Source of the DNA: an uncultured Bacilli bacterium
GTDB lineage: Bacteria; Bacillota_I; Bacilli_A; RF39; UBA660
NCBI GenBank assembly: GCA_947631515.1
Contig: CANRLP010000001.1
Coordinates: forward strand, 223 to 64,222
Direction of reading: 5' to 3'
DNA length: 64,000 bases
How positions within the stretch are numbered: the first letter of the stretch is position 1; the number at the start of each line of letters is the position of its first letter. The notes below the pieces were generated by a model, which was given only the letters and a program-made list of their open reading frames with translations, searched no databases and was not told the origin of the DNA. This document shows positions 62,948 through 64,000 of the stretch, in pieces. Made by a program: the position numbers and the translations under genes.

Positions 62948-63256
62948 ATGGATAAAGCCGAAAAATGTATATATTATAATGATTTATATGATTTATATGG
63001 TAATCTCTTAACTGAACGAGAAAAAGAAATATTTGTCTTATTTTATGAAGAAGATTTATCTTTACAAGAGATTGCTGATGCTAAAAAAGTAAGTAAAAGC
63101 GCTATTGGAAAAGCCATTCAAACTATTACTAACAAATTAGAAACTTATGAAGAAAAATTACACTTTTTAGCCAAGATAGTTAAAGTTAATCAAGAATTAA
63201 AAACTATAAATAATTGTAATATTGAAGAAAAAATAAATGCTATATTGAAAGATTAG
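62948..63256 (+). CDS. ylxM: YlxM/UPF0122 HTH protein (SRP operon)
   Basis: LTEREKEIFVLFYEEDLSLQEIAD matches the YlxM family. Immediately upstream of ffh. Confidence 0.85.
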   Translation: MDKAEKCIYYNDLYDLYGNLLTEREKEIFVLFYEEDLSLQEIADAKKVSKSAIGKAIQTITNKLETYEEKLHFLAKIVKVNQELKTINNCNIEEKINAILKD

Positions 63257-63265
63257 GTGAACTTT

Positions 63266-64000
63266 ATGTTTGAATATATGGGAGATCGAATAAGTAATGC
63301 AATAAAAAATATTCGGGGATTAGGTCGTATAACTGAAGAAAATATAGGAGACGCTTTAAGAGAAATTCGTATGGCTCTTTTAGAAGCAGATGTTAACTAT
63401 ACTGTTGTCAAAGAATTTATTAATCATGTTAAAGAAAAGGCTTTGGGTGCTGAAGTAGAAAAAAGTTTAAAACCTGATGAACTATTTATTAAGATTGTAA
63501 AAGATGAATTGGTAGAATTATTAGGTGGCGATTATGTTCCTTTAGAAACAAAGAAAAATCCTACTATTTTAATGTTAGTAGGTTTACAAGGTAGTGGTAA
63601 AACAACTACATCCGCTAAATTGGCTAATTTCTTGCGAAAAAAGCATGCCAAAAATCCTTTATTAATTGCTTGTGATATTTATCGACCAGCGGCCATAACT
63701 CAATTAGAAACATTAGGTAAAGAATTAAATATCTCTGTATTTGCTGAAGGAACAACTAGTCCCGTTCAAATTGTTAATGATGCCTTAAAATTTGCCAAAG
63801 AAAATCATCATGACTACCTTATTATAGATACTGCTGGACGTTTACAAATTGATGAAGCATTAATGCAAGAATTAAAAGATATTAGTGAAAGTGTTCATCC
63901 TGATGAAACTATTTTAGTAATTGATGCAATGATGGGTCAAGATGCCATTCACGTTATTAATGGATTTAACGAAGCTTTAACTTTAACAGGAGCCATTTTA
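63266..64000 (+). CDS. ffh: signal recognition particle protein Ffh (5' part; runs off window)
   Basis: ATG 63266 with AGGTGA RBS, GLQGSGKTTT, DTAGR. No stop before 64000. Confidence 0.93.
   Translation, partial: MFEYMGDRISNAIKNIRGLGRITEENIGDALREIRMALLEADVNYTVVKEFINHVKEKALGAEVEKSLKPDELFIKIVKDELVELLGGDYVPLETKKNPTILMLVGLQGSGKTTTSAKLANFLRKKHAKNPLLIACDIYRPAAITQLETLGKELNISVFAEGTTSPVQIVNDALKFAKENHHDYLIIDTAGRLQIDEALMQELKDISESVHPDETILVIDAMMGQDAIHVINGFNEALTLTGAIL

Overview
This is a ~27% GC chromosomal replication-origin region from an endospore-forming low-GC Firmicute (Bacillota). It uses the standard genetic code: long genes are intact with TGA as a stop. Gene order is a compacted version of the Bacillus subtilis ori-proximal map. 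On the minus strand, from truA towards the start of the window: rplM-rpsI-cwlD, then yabP-yabQ-divIC, spoVG, veg, yabG, rsmA, tatD, metG (with a T-box leader), spoVT-mfd-pth, yaaT-holB, bofA-recR-ebfC-dnaX, tadA, SRP RNA, gyrA-gyrB-recF, dnaN and dnaA. On the plus strand: rpmH-rnpA-yidC-jag-mnmE-mnmG-rsmG-parB/noc, cca, dnaD-nth, gpsB-rnpB, rodZ-pgsA-recA-rny, ftsY-ylxM-ffh. Coding strand switches at ~36.1-36.4 kb, where DnaA-box clusters flank dnaA and mark oriC. I found no rRNA, tRNA, CRISPR array, transposase or integrase. Accessory content is concentrated in three places. (1) Positions 1-6.8 kb hold a two-gene module resembling the Hachiman antiphage system: a HamA-like putative PD-(D/E)xK protein overlapping an SF2 DExH helicase that runs off the window edge. 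It sits next to a 75-aa amidase fragment that looks like an insertion scar, an Abi_2 (AbiD/AbiF-family) abortive-infection gene coupled to htrA, and a zinc-dependent phospholipase-C-like gene. (2) A ComK-family gene with its own promoter and terminator sits between dnaN and recF. (3) Positions 43.9-48.1 kb, between parB/noc and rpsD, hold a membrane-anchored hypothetical protein split by a frameshift in a poly-A tract, whose last ~80 nt are ~53% GC, followed by an overlapping CrtI-like flavoenzyme plus FNR-type reductase (with a C-terminal 2Fe-2S domain) pair. Other points: a degenerate EcfA-like ATPase pair with no EcfT; a ParB/Noc-like protein with a ~180-aa acidic disordered insert and no adjacent ParA; a lone type IV prepilin gene; an (AAT)n microsatellite in ponA; a duplicated CACGTG-centred palindrome near the SRP RNA; and a LexA-box-like palindrome upstream of recA. 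All functional calls come from reading motifs and synteny from memory. No database search was possible.
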